Positions 61,408-64,000 of a stretch of DNA of 64,000 nt are shown one piece after another (positions within the stretch are counted from its first letter, which is position 1; each line of letters starts with the position of its first letter). The notes below the pieces were generated by a model. The model was not told where the DNA came from and did not search any database. It saw only the letters and a list, made by a program, of their open reading frames with translations. The translations under genes were made by a program, and so were the position numbers. The DNA lies in NCBI GenBank assembly GCA_904063045.1, contig CAJFCJ010000006.1, positions 5,162,408-5,226,407 of the forward strand. Direction: 5' to 3'. The DNA comes from Dimorphilus gyrociliatus. Taxonomy: Eukaryota > Animalia > Annelida.

Positions 61408-63885
61408 TTAAATAAATTTAATTGTTGAACTAATATTTTTAAGCAATTCTTGCCAATTATCTACTTGTTGAATTGGATTTCCATTCAAGTTAACGACTGA
61501 GAGATTTGAGCATAATTTCAAATTCTGCAACTCATCAATATCCTTAATATCTGTTTGAAAAAATTGAACGATAATATTTATCATAAAACTCCTTATATGA
61601 TTATTTACTATTGTTCGATATATCGAGCTGAGACAATTTCAGAACATGCTCAATTCCAGTAACATTGGTCAACTGATTTCCACTTAGATTAATTTTTTCA
61701 GCATTTTGCCAAAAATGTGAATTATCGATAGAAGTTAACTTATTATTCGATAAATCGATATTCTTAGCAAGAAGAAATGAAGAAATAGGATTACATTTTG
61801 TACTAGTTAACTCTTTATTAGATAAGTTAACATCAGTAATGTCATAATTCTTCATATAAAATTCTAATATTATTTTACTACCTAGAAACAAAAAAGAAAT
61901 AAACTTATGTTATTGTTGAACATATAAGGAAATAAAGATATTTACGTAAATCCTGATAGTAACGTTTTCTTGATGGATCCAATCTTAACAACTTTTCTAA
62001 ATATTCATTCACCAATTCCGAGTAGTTATTAAATTGATCAATTTTCATAAGTAAAAATATTAACGTTATTAACACCCCTATTGTGAAAAGATAAGCATGC
62101 GTATTTTAGTTCTAATATTTAAATTATTATTGTTAATACTATACATTTATTATCTTCTTCCATATCGTGTAGTTGTTGAATATTTTCAAGTTGACTTTTT
62201 AAGATATCAACACTTAATTCAATTCTTTTAAAATGTAGAATAAATAGGTTAGTTAGTATATATATATTATAAACTCTTTAAATGTTATCAATTATACCTT
62301 CCCGTTGTAAACTCGCTAAAGATAAAGCCATCGTTTCTTGTTTTTTCAACATCAATTGTAGAAAATTGTAATTGATCATCAACGTATAGCGATAAATTCC
62401 CCATACAAATATCATTTACTTGGCATTTCTATATATATTTAATAAATAAGAATAGGTTTAGTATTTGTTTAAATAACGATGGAAAAATTTGGATATATTC
62501 TTTTTAATATAATATGTAAAAGTATTACATGAATAATGAAAATGTCATCTTGACTAATATTTATCCAGTTCGTATTGATTAGTTCGTCATTATTTTTAAG
62601 TGATAATTTATTTTTCTGTTATAGAAAGAAAATAATTCATTAATAATTAGAATATTATTGAATAATGAAGTTTATTAACACCTACATTAACTGGTTTCGA
62701 AAATATAACAATTATTACTAGATTATCGCCTTGTTTGTATGATTGAAGAAAATTCAATTTTAAAGTTGGTGAATCTATAATTAATTATGAAAAAAAATAA
62801 TAACATAGTCGATATATATATGAGCATCAGTTTTAATTAGAAATACAACATACCTGGTGTTAACAGCCAACGATAATAAAACCATGCACTTTGGTCGTTT
62901 GGATCAGTAAAAAAAGCATTTTGAACTAAATCTAATTCTATAATGTATAGACTATGGTTGAAATCTTAAAGAATTTCTATTTAAGGCATATATATTACCT
63001 GACATTAGGATATCAGATTGAATTCCTCTACTTTGACTGGGATCAGGATATTTTTCAGGCAGTAAACGACTTCGGTACTGCCATGATGAATAATTTGAAA
63101 AATTCGATGCAATTTTGTTACTGGTAAATTCTATTTCGTCATCAGCAGATACGCAACCATTTTTTACAACAAACCTTCTATAATCCCAACAATGAACTAG
63201 TAACGAAATAAAAGAATTATTCTATTCTCGATTGAAAGTATCACTATATTTACAATTTCTTTCATCATATTCTAAGTATAGACTACAAAGATCAAGCTCC
63301 TTTTTCCAATCTGGATTAGGCATATATTTCATAACAAAGCATAAATGATGCCATGAACCATACGATTTTGGATTGACTTGAAGGCAACTTTTAGCAAAAC
63401 GCAGCTCATTTTCGCATAGCTTTTGTAATTCGATCTTATCCCTTGATTTATAGAAAAAGGAATCATTATTAAGGTTGAAAAGGGTGATATTTAAATAAGA
63501 ATTGAAATATCTTACTCGATTTTTTCAATAGCTTTCCTTCTATAGTTCCATAGAGTTAGAAAATCAGGAATAGAAGATAATATACCACCGGTTAATTCCA
63601 GAATTTCTTCATCAAATTCGTTGTTTTTTTTCTAATTAAATTAATTAATTAATTCTTACATATTAAGGAATATTATAATAATATTGCTTAAAAATTACTT
63701 GCAGTATGTAGTACTTTTATTGATAATAATTGGATGCTGATAAATTTTAATCATTATATTTATTTAACACTCACTTTCTCAAAGATTTTCGCTTTAATAG
63801 AGTCTAATTTCTTCAGCTTCTTTTCTCTTTCTATTCTTTTAGCTTCTTGTTGTTCAGCAGTTGTGCGAACTTTTAGAACACCATG
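61408..63885 (-). CDS. RABGGTA: Rab geranylgeranyltransferase alpha subunit (PFTA repeats + Ig-like + LRR); initiator ATG exon apparently beyond the window end
   Basis: [89 protein letters not shown], and C-terminal LRRs ending ..IKFI*. Confidence 0.93.
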
Positions 63886-64000
63886 CTGTTTTAAGAAAAT
63901 TCATCATTTTATTTTTGTTTAATATTGAGCGAAGATTGGTGAAGTATATAAAGTCAATGTAAAGTTCCGAAATACATTAAAAACATGTATTATCAAATAT

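Noticed and set aside
1-64000. CRISPR arrays, rRNA, tRNA, snRNA/SL RNA, and prokaryotic defence or mobile systems
   Set aside because: The sequence is eukaryotic with spliceosomal introns, and I saw no repeat-spacer periodicity or recognisable structured RNA. A tRNAscan-SE/Infernal scan would be needed to exclude small RNAs.

Overview
AT-rich, gene-dense eukaryotic (metazoan, ciliated, probably invertebrate) DNA with very short spliceosomal introns (mostly about 50-70 nt). The compaction recalls miniaturised spiralian genomes such as the annelid Dimorphilus; that is inference and not verified. I can support about 24 protein-coding units, reconstructed by hand from splice signals and recalled homology: furin-like convertase (5' part outside the window), GT61-like glycosyltransferase, flightless-I, CHMP5, an orphan C2HC zinc-finger gene, CFAP300, TSEN54, AATF, EIF4E2, ARL16, POLR2I, STK36/fused, DNAJC8, PTP1B/TC-PTP-like, NTAQ1, a mucin-EGF-TM protein, ZDHHC6 (with a Tc1-type HTH ORF nested antisense in its last intron), NCAPG, a gene with a tandem Cys-rich DxRGKH module, NUDT8, an unannotated caspase-fold gene, PRPF18 and RABGGTA (start codon outside the window). 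No rRNA, tRNA or CRISPR array was recognised. The best candidates for something new are: (1) a five-exon, highly divergent caspase-fold protein (57891-59413) with FCCQH in place of QACRG and a possible FHA-like tail; (2) two genes that look like transposase DNA-binding modules without a catalytic domain; (3) an alternative 3' end for furin that swaps a Cys-rich/TM/cytosolic tail for a short hydrophobic, GPI-signal-like end. All homology calls come from recalled family motifs; no database search was run.
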